Assembly: GCA_963733035.1 (NCBI GenBank)
Contig: CAVTBU010000005.1
Span: forward strand, 1,472,001 to 1,536,000
From: Pirellulales bacterium
GTDB taxonomy: Bacteria; Planctomycetota; Planctomycetia; Pirellulales; PALSA-1355
Direction of reading: 5' to 3'
DNA: 64,000 nucleotides
Under the pieces are notes generated by a model. The model had not been told where the DNA came from. It saw only the letters and a list, made by a program, of their open reading frames with translations, and did not search any database. Position numbers and translations under genes: made by a program. Positions 50,417-61,500 of the stretch are shown piece after piece (the stretch's first letter is position 1; every line of letters starts with the position of its first letter).

Positions 50417-51369
50417 CCCGTGGACCAAAAATCAGGGGCAGGTCAGACGGACACCCGACTATCCTTGACGCGAACTTGGACTGCCAATGCGGGATCGCGG
50501 TGTCGATCAAACCCGGCCCGTTTGCCAGTCGAGGTTTTGCATGCCACGCCACGCATGACAGACATCCGGCCAGAGAATCAATCGCGTTTTTGCTCGGCGT
50601 GCTCGCCAGGCGACCGGAATTCGCCTCGGCGTCTCACTGATAACGGGGAAACAAATCCCGCGCAGCCCATCAAGTCGATAGTGGGCGTGAATTTCCCAGC
50701 GGCAGCTGACGCGAGATCGGCGATGCCGACAGCGACTCGACAGCGTCATAGGGCCAGAAAGCGGACCGTAACCAGGTTGACTGCCAGCGCTGCATTCGGC
50801 ATTCAAGGACTGATGGAGCCTGATCTAGCCGGGAATGACGTGCTGGGCAGGGGGCATCTAACGCACACAGGACATGTGGCCAAACTTCGTCCCGAGCAAG
50901 AGCCAAGGAAAAACTGTTCCGAATTTGAAGGAGAATGCCCCGCAAATCCGTAGTTGGCGCGCGACTTTCCCCCCAAACGGCTCGTCGCCCGCAAATCTCC
51001 ATCACCTGAATGAACGGGGAGTCTGGCGATATTGGGATACGTGGGTCGTTTCGTGAAGTGAAAGCAAGTCTCTTGTTTTGGGACGTTCCGTAGGGCGCGA
51101 GGAGACAGGCCAAGCGCGACACGCTGCCCCCCCTATTGCCTGTATTTCGTCATAAGTTATTTGTGAAAATAATGATACGATTACTGTCTGAGCCAGCCGG
51201 CTACCACTCTCGGTCGGTTTTCAATCGCTGGTCTGTATCCGTACCCCGCGATTTTTCGAAAAATTCTGGGCCTGCTCGGAAACTTTGTCAGGATTGCCTG
51301 AGCCGGGGCCTATAGTCAGCAATGAAACAAAAAGGCTCGTCCTTTGGCATGCTCTAAGGAGATTCTACG

Positions 51370-52317
51370 ATGAAACGCATTTCGGTTTTCTGTGCAATGG
51401 CGTTTCTGACTCTGACGCCAACGGCGTTTGCAGGAATCAGCCCGCACGACGACATCAAGTTGAGTGGCAGCCAATCGGGGACGAACGGTGGACCGTTTAC
51501 GTTGTACTACGATCTAGATCACACGAGGTCCCAAGGTCCTGGCAACTACGTCAATCCGGCCGGTTTCTCTTCAGTCGACCAATTTCAAACCTTCTGCGTG
51601 GAGTACAACGAGGAGTTTTCTCCTGGGACAGTCTATGACGTCAAGTCAATCACGGATGGGTCTCTTCAGACGGGTAGAGACTTAACCGGCTATGCTGCTT
51701 GGGTCTACAAGACCTACCTTGACAACATTGCCAACATAACGACGAACTCTGAGAAGGCGATGTTCCAGGCGGCGATTTGGGGTGGCATGGTAAATCCTTC
51801 GGCTGTGGCCGGAACCATCGCCGGCGAGATCGGTAGCCACACAACTTCGGAATGGGCTAATGCTCCCGCCACTTGGTACAGTGGTGCCATTTCTCCTCCG
51901 CTTGACGGGTCAAATAATCTCGATCTAAACGCGACGGCCTTCTCGGATGTGTTAGGTGACGCGACGGTAGACATTAGCTACGACACATTCCTTGGCCAGA
52001 TGTCAACTTGGTCGGCTGGCGCGTACGCCAATAATGACGATAGCAACGCAGCGTTGCTCTTTACGAATGGCTACCACATCCTCAATCTTTCGAACACGAC
52101 TAACACCGCCAAAGTCCAAGATATGATCGTATCGCCGGCAAACACTCTGTCGGTGCCGGAGCCGGCCAGCATTGTTGTGTGGTCTCTCTTGGCCGGTGGA
52201 GCAGCTGGTGTGGGCGTCTCCCGCAGGCGTCGAAACAAATTGCCGGCCGCGGGTCGTTGGAGCGAAGGCGACCGCAATGCGATCTTCGCGATAATCCAGC
52301 GTGGTTCCGACAACTAG
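51370..52317 (+). CDS. PEP-CTERM surface protein with extended cytoplasmic tail
   Basis: RBS AAGGAG; signal peptide; FQTFCVE motif; VPEPASIVVWSLL + TM + RRRR + 27 further residues. Confidence 0.9.
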   Translation: MKRISVFCAMAFLTLTPTAFAGISPHDDIKLSGSQSGTNGGPFTLYYDLDHTRSQGPGNYVNPAGFSSVDQFQTFCVEYNEEFSPGTVYDVKSITDGSLQTGRDLTGYAAWVYKTYLDNIANITTNSEKAMFQAAIWGGMVNPSAVAGTIAGEIGSHTTSEWANAPATWYSGAISPPLDGSNNLDLNATAFSDVLGDATVDISYDTFLGQMSTWSAGAYANNDDSNAALLFTNGYHILNLSNTTNTAKVQDMIVSPANTLSVPEPASIVVWSLLAGGAAGVGVSRRRRNKLPAAGRWSEGDRNAIFAIIQRGSDN

Positions 52318-52371
52318 CAAGTGAACCTGCCGAGGGCCGTTTGAGCTTCGGCGGGCGCATCAACGACGATC

Positions 52372-52403
52372 AAGGGTTGCCGTGAATTCGGCAACCCTTT
52401 TTT
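52372..52403 (+). terminator. Intrinsic terminator of 51370-52317
   Basis: AAGGGTTGCCG-TGAATT-CGGCAACCCTT followed by TTTT. Confidence 0.85.
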
Positions 52404-52847
52404 CTTTGCGGGGGGGTGCTTGCTTCCTCGGTTCTGGCTGGCGGCCTCGCGCTCGCGACTCAAGAATCGTCATTGAGTGTTTGTCGCACGCTCGTCAGCA
52501 TGCATTGGGGGGCACGATGCGCCTCTTGATGACGAGGTGCACACATTCGACTTGCCGAACGTTGCGGTACGTTCGGTGCTCTCGATGAATTGAGTGAAAT
52601 AGGTCGATTTTTCGGCTTGCGAAGCATTCAGCGACTCACTACGCTGCCTGTGGCCGAGAGGCAGGGGCTCTAGTGCGCATAGTTCGAGGCGTCATTGGGC
52701 AGTCGCCCACAGGTTTTTTTCGCCGCTTCATACCACCGGCAGGATGTCGACTCGAGTCGTGTCAATTGACACGCCGCTCGTGTCCAGCAAGATGGATCCT
52801 GCCGCGTGACCAATGGCACCTGAACTAAGCGAGAGTTGGTGGCGCCC

Positions 52848-55800
52848 ATGCTCAAGCTGTTGCTTCTCTTCGGTTCGCGAAAAAAGTGGACTCATTCCAA
52901 TCGCGGCTCGAAGCTTCGCGGAAAAGCTGTCCGATGTGTCGTTGAGCCGTTGGAATTGCGCAGTGTTTTATCGGTGGCGCCGGTACAACCGGTGGAGTTC
53001 GAAGTCTCCGACAATTACCTCTCAAACCCAGCTTCCCAAGTTCTGCAGCTCACCTTCGACTTTAGCCAGAACGCGACACTGCAGTCACAGGGCTTGGGGG
53101 TGACGGTATCCTTGTCTGGCGAGGAGTCGCTGACATCTCCTGGGATGCCGTTGTTACCGATGCGCAGCTCGACGGTGCTGTTGCCTCCGGGGCTGGAGAT
53201 TTCCTCGGTGAGCGTGAGCTACGGGGACGCTGGAACCCTGCTGGCCCAGAACGTACTGCTGGCGGCCTCGCCGCCGGAGGACGCCAGCGATCCGGCGGCC
53301 ACGACGGTCTACAGCGGGAGCGACTTTCCCGCCCAGGGTCCGGTGGAATTCACCAACAGCGTCCAGAACGGCTACAGCCTGGGCATGCTCGAGGTGTTCC
53401 CCGTGGAGTACCAGGCCAGCAGTGGCAGCCTGACGTACCACCAGGATCTCATGGTCACGCTGCATCTCGAGCAGCGGCCCGCCGGCAGCGCCCTGCAAGT
53501 CCGCAACAACGCGGACGACCGAGCCCGTGTGGCGGCCCTGGTGGACAACCCCCAAGCGCTGGCCAGCTACGATGCGGTGGCGTCAGCGCAAGCCAGCCAA
53601 CAGATCGCCTCTCCGCTGGCCGGAACACCCGACTACCAGTACGTGATCATCACCAGCAGCAGCCTGGCCAGCAGCTTCCAGCCGCTGCTGAACGAGAAGC
53701 TGTCCCGGGGGCTGACCGGCGCCATCTTCACGACCGATTACATCTACGCCAATTACAGCGGCAGCGAGACCCACGACAACCCCGACAAGATCCGCGACTT
53801 CATTCGCGACATGTACCTCAACCACAACACCGAGTGGGTGCTACTGGGCGGGGACTCGGAAGTGGTGCCGGTCCGCGGAGTTTACGCCACTGCCGGGTCG
53901 CTGTCCGAAACGGCGCTGGCCACCGACATGTATTATGGCTGCCTGGATGGCACCTGGAACGGCAACGGGAACAGTTTGTGGGGTGAGTCCACCGATGGCG
54001 TGGGAGGAGGTGATATCGACCTGACGGCCGATGTCTATGTGGGACGCGCGCCGGCCAGCAACGCCACGGAAGCCGCCAACTTCGTGGCCAAGACCCTGCT
54101 CTATGAGACCACGCCCCCTCCCAATCCGACCGAGGGACTGTTCCTGGGAGGCATCATCGACTCCACGACCTATGGCAGTTATTCGGGCATGAACATTCGC
54201 GACACCGTGCTGCCGGCCAACTGGCAGGCATCGCTGCTGGAGCTCTATGACACGTCTTCGTCTACCTGGACGGCCAGCCAGCTGATCAGCTACCTGAACA
54301 GCAGTCCGGCGATCGTGGAATCCTTGGGGCACTCGGGTACCACGATTGATTCCAAGCTGACCCCGGCCGACGTGCAGGCGTTGACCAACGCGTTCCCCTA
54401 CCTGATGTACTCGCAGGGCTGCGATGCGGGGGGATTCGATCTGACCGACTTGAGCGTGGCCGAAGCCCAGGTAGTGTCGCAATATGGCGCGTTTGCCATG
54501 GTGGCCAATACCCGGGAGGGTTGGTATGTGTCAGGAACCAGTCCCGGGTACAGCCACTACTACGCCAAGGATTTTTGGAATGCGATTTTTAACCTGGGTT
54601 ACCTGCACTTGGGAGAGGCGGAAGAGTACTCGAAGCAACATAACCTGATACGTGTCGGCACGGTGGGCACCTACCGCTGGCTGAACTTCACGATTACGCT
54701 GTTCGGCGATCCGGAGGTCTCCTTCCAGCTCACGCCCGCCAGCGGAAATACGCCGCCGGTGGCCACTGGCGACAGCTACTCGACCAGCGAGGACACGCCG
54801 CTCACGGTGGCCGCCCCCGGCGTGCTGGCCAACGACACCGACGCCGATGGCGACCTGCTGACCGCCCTGCTCGTCAGCGGACCGGCCCACGGCTCGCTCA
54901 CCTTCGGCTCCGACGGCTCCTTCACCTACACCCCCAACCCCAACTACTCCGGACCCGACTCCTTCTCCTACCAGGCAAACGACTCCTCCGCCAACTCCAA
55001 TTCCGCAATCGTCAATATCAATGTTGTGCCGAATCCGGGCAGCGTGGTCGCCAGACACATCTTCTACAACGATTCGAGCTACGACGGAAACAACCCGTCC
55101 GTCAACAGCGGCGATGACGCCGCGATTGATTCGGCCAAGATGGCTTATCTGCCCGGCACTGGAGTGTCCACATTTGCCAACATTACCAGCTATGTCAGCG
55201 GCATCAACGGCATCATGATCGACTTGGCCGGCGGGGGTAATCATGCAGCCATCAGCTCGGGCGACTTTATCTTCAAGGTCGGCGCCAACAACTCCCCCGA
55301 AACATGGGCGCTGGCCCCGGATCCTGTCATCGTATCGGTGCGGCCCGGCGCCGGTGTCGGAGGCAGCGACCGAATTGAGATAACCTGGGCCAACGGCGCA
55401 ATCATTAACACTTGGCTTGAAGTGACGATCAAAGGCAATGACTCATTAGGGGGCTTCGATATCAATTCCGGCTTGTCGACCTCGGATGTTTTCTACTTTG
55501 GCAACCGCATCGGTGACGCCGGATTTGACTCGGACGACGTCGCGGTGACCAATGCCGCTGATGAAATAGCAGCCCGTGTTGCCTACGACTTCCAGCAAAT
55601 AACGGTCACGAACCCGTACGACTTTGACCGAAATCAGGTCGTCAATGCGAGCGACCAAATCATCGCTCGTGTAAACTCCGGGACTCTGGCCATGATTGAG
55701 CTGGGAGTCGGCGTTGCGACACCCCAAGCGATGCTGCCAACAGAGACCGACGCCATTCGCTCCGCGCTTGGCATGCTCCGATGGCCAGTTCGCATCATCG

Positions 55801-56012
55801 GCGAGACGGCTGACCAGCGCCAGAATGACTGGCAACTGCCTGAAAATCCGTTACTCGCGGCATCAACTCACGATCTGGCATTGATGCAAGTGATGATCGA
55901 GTCAATCGATCAGGAACCGCTGGCGTCCGATACTTCGACTGTGCCGTTCTCGCTGCTAGAGTATCCTGCCGATGGCGGCCCCATTCGAGTTTCGGGCGGT
56001 CGCAGGCCTTAG
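52848..56012 (+). CDS. Surface protein B: Planc_extracel-like leader, C25 gingipain-like peptidase, Ig-like domain, planctomycete C-terminal domain with dockerin-like end
   Basis: VEPLELRSVLS leader; C25 motifs as in gene A; VARHIFYNDS...GINGIMIDL...SDRIEITW...FYFGNRIGD...YDFDRNQVVNASD. Confidence 0.88.
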   Translation: MLKLLLLFGSRKKWTHSNRGSKLRGKAVRCVVEPLELRSVLSVAPVQPVEFEVSDNYLSNPASQVLQLTFDFSQNATLQSQGLGVTVSLSGEESLTSPGMPLLPMRSSTVLLPPGLEISSVSVSYGDAGTLLAQNVLLAASPPEDASDPAATTVYSGSDFPAQGPVEFTNSVQNGYSLGMLEVFPVEYQASSGSLTYHQDLMVTLHLEQRPAGSALQVRNNADDRARVAALVDNPQALASYDAVASAQASQQIASPLAGTPDYQYVIITSSSLASSFQPLLNEKLSRGLTGAIFTTDYIYANYSGSETHDNPDKIRDFIRDMYLNHNTEWVLLGGDSEVVPVRGVYATAGSLSETALATDMYYGCLDGTWNGNGNSLWGESTDGVGGGDIDLTADVYVGRAPASNATEAANFVAKTLLYETTPPPNPTEGLFLGGIIDSTTYGSYSGMNIRDTVLPANWQASLLELYDTSSSTWTASQLISYLNSSPAIVESLGHSGTTIDSKLTPADVQALTNAFPYLMYSQGCDAGGFDLTDLSVAEAQVVSQYGAFAMVANTREGWYVSGTSPGYSHYYAKDFWNAIFNLGYLHLGEAEEYSKQHNLIRVGTVGTYRWLNFTITLFGDPEVSFQLTPASGNTPPVATGDSYSTSEDTPLTVAAPGVLANDTDADGDLLTALLVSGPAHGSLTFGSDGSFTYTPNPNYSGPDSFSYQANDSSANSNSAIVNINVVPNPGSVVARHIFYNDSSYDGNNPSVNSGDDAAIDSAKMAYLPGTGVSTFANITSYVSGINGIMIDLAGGGNHAAISSGDFIFKVGANNSPETWALAPDPVIVSVRPGAGVGGSDRIEITWANGAIINTWLEVTIKGNDSLGGFDINSGLSTSDVFYFGNRIGDAGFDSDDVAVTNAADEIAARVAYDFQQITVTNPYDFDRNQVVNASDQIIARVNSGTLAMIELGVGVATPQAMLPTETDAIRSALGMLRWPVRIIGETADQRQNDWQLPENPLLAASTHDLALMQVMIESIDQEPLASDTSTVPFSLLEYPADGGPIRVSGGRRP
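53087..55021. repeat. 1935-bp inverted repeat, copy 2
   Basis: Partner of 46343-48277. Confidence 0.95.
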
Positions 56013-56569
56013 TCGCAGGTCTCGTGGGTGGTCCCGTCATTCGAGTTGGCACGAAAGTGTCTACGTCGACGGGCTGTGTGTGGTCACTTCCAAATTGTGT
56101 CACAACTGGCTCGCCTTCCACGCGGTCCCATCGATGTTCTCACCGCGCATGGGAATCCTAAAGGGAATTGCACCAAGAGCTACGCAGGTTGGCTTGTAGG
56201 GGAAATGCGGCGCTCAATTGACAATTTGCGGTACCTCGCTGGAGAATGCAATAGGCACAGGCGCGGTTAAACTCCTTGCGGCGACGGTTCGATTGATGGC
56301 AAAAAAACGGCCGACAACTGGCCGGCAGTCTGAGGCGGACTCAGCCGGCGATGGCCTCGGGCGCAGGTTGCGTGGTCTCACACAAAGCGCTGCCTTGTCT
56401 GGTGCGGCTCCTGGGTCACACCGAGCCGGTCGACTCTCGGAATCCGCGGCTGAAATCGTAATAGAGGCTATTCTTCAATGTAGGGAACCATTTCCTGGTC
56501 GCCGATTGCCCGGCAGGCGGATTGCAACACGGAGCGAGGCGCAGGCGATTTCTTGAGCGAGTAATTCCC

Positions 56570-56953
56570 GTGAAGCCAGAGTCAACTCCCATCGAAGTCG
56601 GCGACATCGTGCGAGTTCGCGGCACGCCGGCGACGCTGGCCGCGGAGGTGGCGGGGCTAATAGGACAGGTGACGCGCATTGCACAACCACCCGGCGCCAA
56701 CGAAGTTATCGGACAGCCTGTCGATGGTAACGCGTGTGAAGTGTTCTTTGACGAGTTGAAAGCGTCCTATTGGCTACCGGCGCCGCTGCTGGTGGTCGAG
56801 ACACGAGATTCAATCGCGACCGCGAAAGCCGCCGTTTCCGAATCGCCAAGCAGGGAAAAGCCAGAAACGTTGTCGCAGGCGCACCGCTCATCTCCTAGCA
56901 CGCTGCTGGGCCGCCTGCAAAACTTCCTGAAGCGAGTTTTCGGCGTATTCTGA
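56570..56953 (+). CDS. Hypothetical protein, possibly SH3/KOW-like beta barrel
   Basis: IEVGDIVRVR...AGLIGQV...EVFFDELKASYWLP; start codon uncertain. Confidence 0.5.
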   Translation: MKPESTPIEVGDIVRVRGTPATLAAEVAGLIGQVTRIAQPPGANEVIGQPVDGNACEVFFDELKASYWLPAPLLVVETRDSIATAKAAVSESPSREKPETLSQAHRSSPSTLLGRLQNFLKRVFGVF

Positions 56954-57299
56954 AACTCGACACGCCCTGCGGTCAATTGCCGACGCGGGGATCAACAGCG
57001 GCGGGTTGTAGAACCGTTCAGCGTTGACTGCTTTTGTCCATCAAGCGACGCCCAATCAATTCGCATCAAAATGCGACAGCGAGCAAATTGAACTGATCGT
57101 CGACAAAAAAACCCCGAGACCGGAACGCAAGTAACGGGCTCGGGGTAGACCACGACCAAGCTGTGCCTGATGCGATCTTAGCAACTGGGCTAAACTGGGC
57201 GGCAACATGTGAGAATTCTCTACATCCATACTATTTAGGCCAGTCGATCCCGAATCCTGACAACCGAAACGCGCAAAGTAGCGACCCGCGGAAATCGCT

Positions 57300-58403
57300 T
57301 TACCGACGAGCAGACGCGTTAAGGTCGTACACCTCAACGTCCGCCAGGACCGGGCGATGGTCCGAGCCGATATCCGGGCCAACCCAGCATCGTACTGCTC
57401 GAGAGCCAACGTCTGTCAGCACATGATCGATGCGGATGCCGTAGGCTCCCGCAAGTAGCGGCTCATACTTCGTGTAGCCAAAACCCAGGCCGACTGCGGA
57501 AAACGCATCGGGCCGGTCCGACCAGTATTCCCGAAAGATCCCGCTGTCGACGGGCATATTGAAATCGCCCGCGACAATGAGCGGCCCTTCGAAGCCACGC
57601 AACCAATTCGAGACGGTTTTGGACTCCAGCCGCCGGATGACGAGCTGGGATGCTAAATGGCCGCTCCGGGCTGAGTTGATCACCGTGTGCCGATCGAGAA
57701 CCTCGGCCAGTCCCTCCCGAGGCGACATCAAGTGCACACAACAAACGCCAACTGGGCCACATGGTGTCGACAATGTGGCATGAATCCCGTTAACGGCAGG
57801 CCAAGGGCTAAACGGGTAAGTGCGATGCGAGATCGTGACAGATTCGAGCGGATAACGAGACGCAACGATTAGTTGCCCGGCTCGCTCCACATGCCAGCCG
57901 GCTGGCCAAGGGATTTTTAAGTCGCCGCTACACTCCTGCAACGTGACAACTTCGGCATCTACCTGCTTCACCAACGAGACAAGCCGCTCGCCATCGACTT
58001 GATCGCCCTCCACGTTGTATGTGAGTAGTCGAAGCGTGGGCGCATTGTCCACGGCCAACTTTCCAAAGGGCAAGCAAAAGCCCATGACCGGCCCCACCAG
58101 CAATACTAGGCTGGCCAGTAACGGCCAAAGCGACCGTCGCCACAGAATTGCCGTCGCCGGCAGCAACACGGCGAGAGGCAGCGCAAGAAGCATTCGCGGC
58201 CCAAAGAGAATCACCGTTGCCAACCACCAGCGATCACTAGCGAACCGCAGCAATAGCCACATGGCAATTACGAGGATCAAGTAGATCCAAGATAGTGAAG
58301 CAATAGTGTAAAGCAATATCGACTTTTGTGTCGCTGTTCCGTTCAACTCTGGTTGGACTCGATGTCGACTTTCGGCGATTCCATTGTCAGGCTCGAGTTT
58401 CAC
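57300..58403 (-). CDS. Membrane-anchored endonuclease/exonuclease/phosphatase (EEP) family protein
   Basis: Three N-terminal TM segments; TYNV, LQE, AGDFN, RIDHV and SDHRPV motifs. Confidence 0.9.
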   Translation of the reverse strand: MKLEPDNGIAESRHRVQPELNGTATQKSILLYTIASLSWIYLILVIAMWLLLRFASDRWWLATVILFGPRMLLALPLAVLLPATAILWRRSLWPLLASLVLLVGPVMGFCLPFGKLAVDNAPTLRLLTYNVEGDQVDGERLVSLVKQVDAEVVTLQECSGDLKIPWPAGWHVERAGQLIVASRYPLESVTISHRTYPFSPWPAVNGIHATLSTPCGPVGVCCVHLMSPREGLAEVLDRHTVINSARSGHLASQLVIRRLESKTVSNWLRGFEGPLIVAGDFNMPVDSGIFREYWSDRPDAFSAVGLGFGYTKYEPLLAGAYGIRIDHVLTDVGSRAVRCWVGPDIGSDHRPVLADVEVYDLNASARR

Positions 58404-58588
58404 TATTTACCACCGTTCCTGATTTCAGCACCGGTGTCTGTGTGAGAATCGGTGAGGGTTTAGTTCCTGCGTTGAGTCTCGGACCGGTGGCTCCACACGC
58501 GACGTGGCCGGTGTGGCACAAATTTAAGGTAGACCACAGCGGTTGACCGAGTCTGAAGAGCTCTACTAGCACTGCGGACACATCGACG

Positions 58589-61500
58589 TCACCAACTCTT
58601 GGGCGGAACTTTTGCGCCGGGCGGGATGGAAGAGAGTATCGAGCCAAACGGATCCAACAATTCACTGATGGCGACATCGACCTCCGCCCGATTGTCAGTT
58701 GAGGTCACCATGCCCCCCTCGTTTAGTGCTCGGTGCTGCGGGTGCCGATTGCAGTTGGACGAGCGCGTTGGCGTGGAGCGATTGAGCCGTTGGACTGGGG
58801 GAATTGAGCGGCACGGTAGATTCATCCGAAGTGTCGATACTCATCGTACTGGCCGTCAGTGCGCTGACGATCAGGTTGCCTTGGAAAAGCTCAGCGACTT
58901 CATTAGGTTGCAAAGCCCGATTGGCGATGAGCACGTCGTCAACGCGTCCTTGCATCGAGCGTCCGCCGTCTTCCTCCGCGCCGATGGACAGCCCGAGGTC
59001 ATTTGTGCCGATCGTAAAATTGGCCGCCTTGGACGCTTCCAGCTGGCCGTTGATATACATGCGAATCGTGGTCCCGTCATACGTCGCAACAACATGCATC
59101 CAGGTCGTGCCGTTCGTCGGGTACTTGGACGTCGAATCCACGCGAAACGCATTGCCTGCACTATCTTGATTGAAGCGAACGAACACGGTGCCTGAATTGC
59201 TCAGCGCTAGTTCATAGCCGTCTACGCTTTGAGTGATTGATTTGGTCACGAGCGATTGCGTAGCCTGTGCCTCGGGCGAAATCCAGGCCGCAATCGTGAT
59301 GCTGCCGGTGATATCCAGGCTAGCCGCGTCCGGGACCACCACGTGCGGGTGGACCGTTCCTATGGGTTGCGGCAACGCCACCGAACCGGCCAGCACCAGT
59401 CCCGTACCATTCTGACCGGCACCAAAAGCGGCGCCGTCTTGCAGGCTGCCGTCATTGCCGCTGCCGGAAGAATCATGGACCGTCGAACCGGATCCCTCGT
59501 TGAACTGCCAGAATCCCACGAGGCCGGTGGAAGTACTGGCTGGCGATACGGTGACGGTTACGTCGTCGCTGGCGCTGAGTTCGCCGTCCGAGGCGGTCAG
59601 CCGCAACACGTACACGCCCTCGGCACTGAACGTCGCCGAGGTGGATGCGGCCGCGGCGTTGCCAAAGCTGACGCTGCCTGGCCCGCTGACGGTGCTCCAC
59701 TGGGTCGTCAGGTTGGACGGGCTGGGCAGTCCGTCGTCCGACACCGAACCGCCTAGCGCGATGGCCACGCCCGCCTGTCCGCTAACATCCGAGCCCGCAC
59801 TCACCGTGGGCGGCTGGTTGGCCGGAGCCGCGGGATTGAAATTGCCCACGTACACCTGCGCGATCTCGGTCGCCGAGAGCGCCCGGTCCGTGATCAGCAC
59901 TTCATCCAGTTGGCCCTGCATCGAGGTGGTGCCACCATTGCCGGAGCCGAAAGTGAGCGCCAGATTGTTCGTGCCAATCGCAAATGTGGCTGCCTTGCTG
60001 GCCTGCTGCTGGCCATTGATGTACAGCCGAATGGTCGAGCCATCGTAGGTGGCGGCCACGTGCAGCCAGGTGTTGCCGTTGGTCGGATAGCTTGACGTCG
60101 AATCAACGCGATACGTGTCACCTGAACTGGCCTGGTTGAAACGCACGAACACCGTGCCGCTGTTGCTCAGGCCCAGTTCAAAGCCATCGGTCGCGTTGCT
60201 GGCTGCTTTGCTGACGATGGTTTGCGTTCCATTGGCGCTGGGTTTGATCCATGCCGTGATCGTGATCGCATCGGCGATCTGCAATTGGGGAACGTCTGGC
60301 ACGACGTAGCTCTGTCCGGAGCCGTTGAGGTTGAGCCGGCCGTTACTGCTGACCGTGGCACCCCCTTGCAAGCTGCCCAGGTTGCCGATCTGGCTGGGGT
60401 ACGCCGCCCCGAAGCCCGGCAAAAAGTTCCAGAATCCCACGAGGCCAGTGGACTCGCTGGTTGGCGATACGGTGACGGTTACGTCGTCGCTGGCGCTGAG
60501 TTCGCCGTCCGAGGCGGTCAGCCGCAATACGTACACACCCTCGGCACTGAACGTCGCCGAGGTGGATGGGGCCGCGGCGTTGCCAAAGCTGACGCTGCCT
60601 GGCCCGCTAACCGTGCTCCACTGGGTAATTAAGTTGGACGGGCTGGGCAGCCCGTCGTCCGACACCGAACCGCCTAGCGCGATGGCCACGCCCGCCTGTC
60701 CGCTAACATCCGAGCCTGCACTCACCGTGGGCGGCTGGTTGGCCGGAGCCGCGGGATTGAAATTGCCCACGTACACCTGCGCGATCTCAGTCGCCGAGAG
60801 CGCCCGGTCCGTGATCAGCACTTCATCCAGTTGGCCCTGCATCGAGGTGGTGCCACCATTGCCGGAGCCGAAAGTGAGCGCCAGGTTGTTCGTGCCAATC
60901 GCAAATGTGGCTGCCTTGCTGGCCTGCTGCTGGCCATTGATGTACAGCCGAATGGTCGAGCCATCGTAGGTGGCGGCCACGTGCAGCCAGGTGTTGCCGT
61001 TGGTCGGATAGCTTGACGTCGAATCAACGCGATACGTGTCACCTGAACTGGCCTGGTTGAAACGCACGAACACCGTGCCGCTGTTGCTCAGGCCCAGTTC
61101 AAAGCCATCGGTCGCGTTGCTGGCTGCTTTGCTGACGATGGTTTGCGTTCCATTGGCGCTGGGTTTGATCCATGCCGTGATCGTGATCGCATCGGCGATC
61201 TGCAATTGGGGAACGTCTGGCACGACGTAGCTCTGTCCGGAGCCGTTGAGGTTGAGCCGGCCGTTACTGCTGACCGTGGCACCCCCTTGCAAGCTGCCCA
61301 GGTTGCCGATCTGGCTGGGGTACGCCGCCCCGAAGCCCGGCAAAAAGTTCCAGAATCCCACGAGGCCAGTGGAATCGCTGGTTGGCGATACGGTGACGGT
61401 TACGTCGTCGCTGGCGCTGAGTTCGCCGTCCGAGGCGGTCAGCCGCAATACGTACACACCCTCGGCACTGAACGTCGCCGAGGTGGATGGGGCCGCGGCG

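Larger units (their letters stand above)
49149..50445 (+). mobile_element. IS3-family insertion sequence (IS407-like), 1297 bp, intact
   Basis: TG...CA ends; IRL TGGCCTGCTCCCCGAAAACTGGTCCA; IRR reverse complement TGACCTGCCCCTGATTTTTGGTCCA; 4-bp target duplication GACG at 49145-49148 and 50446-50449. Confidence 0.95.

Noticed and set aside
50450..51360. Genes or RNAs in the 0.9-kb tract after the IS
   Set aside because: ORFs lack an RBS and protein-like composition; no convincing structure or repeat was found.
56259..56286. CGTCGC-16-GCGCCT on the minus strand
   Set aside because: Only 4/6 in the upstream box and it points antisense into gene B; too weak to count.
58695..58720. Stop at 58695 as the true end of gene C
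   Set aside because: It follows a G6 run, and the alternative frame to 58589 restores similarity to the gene A tail.
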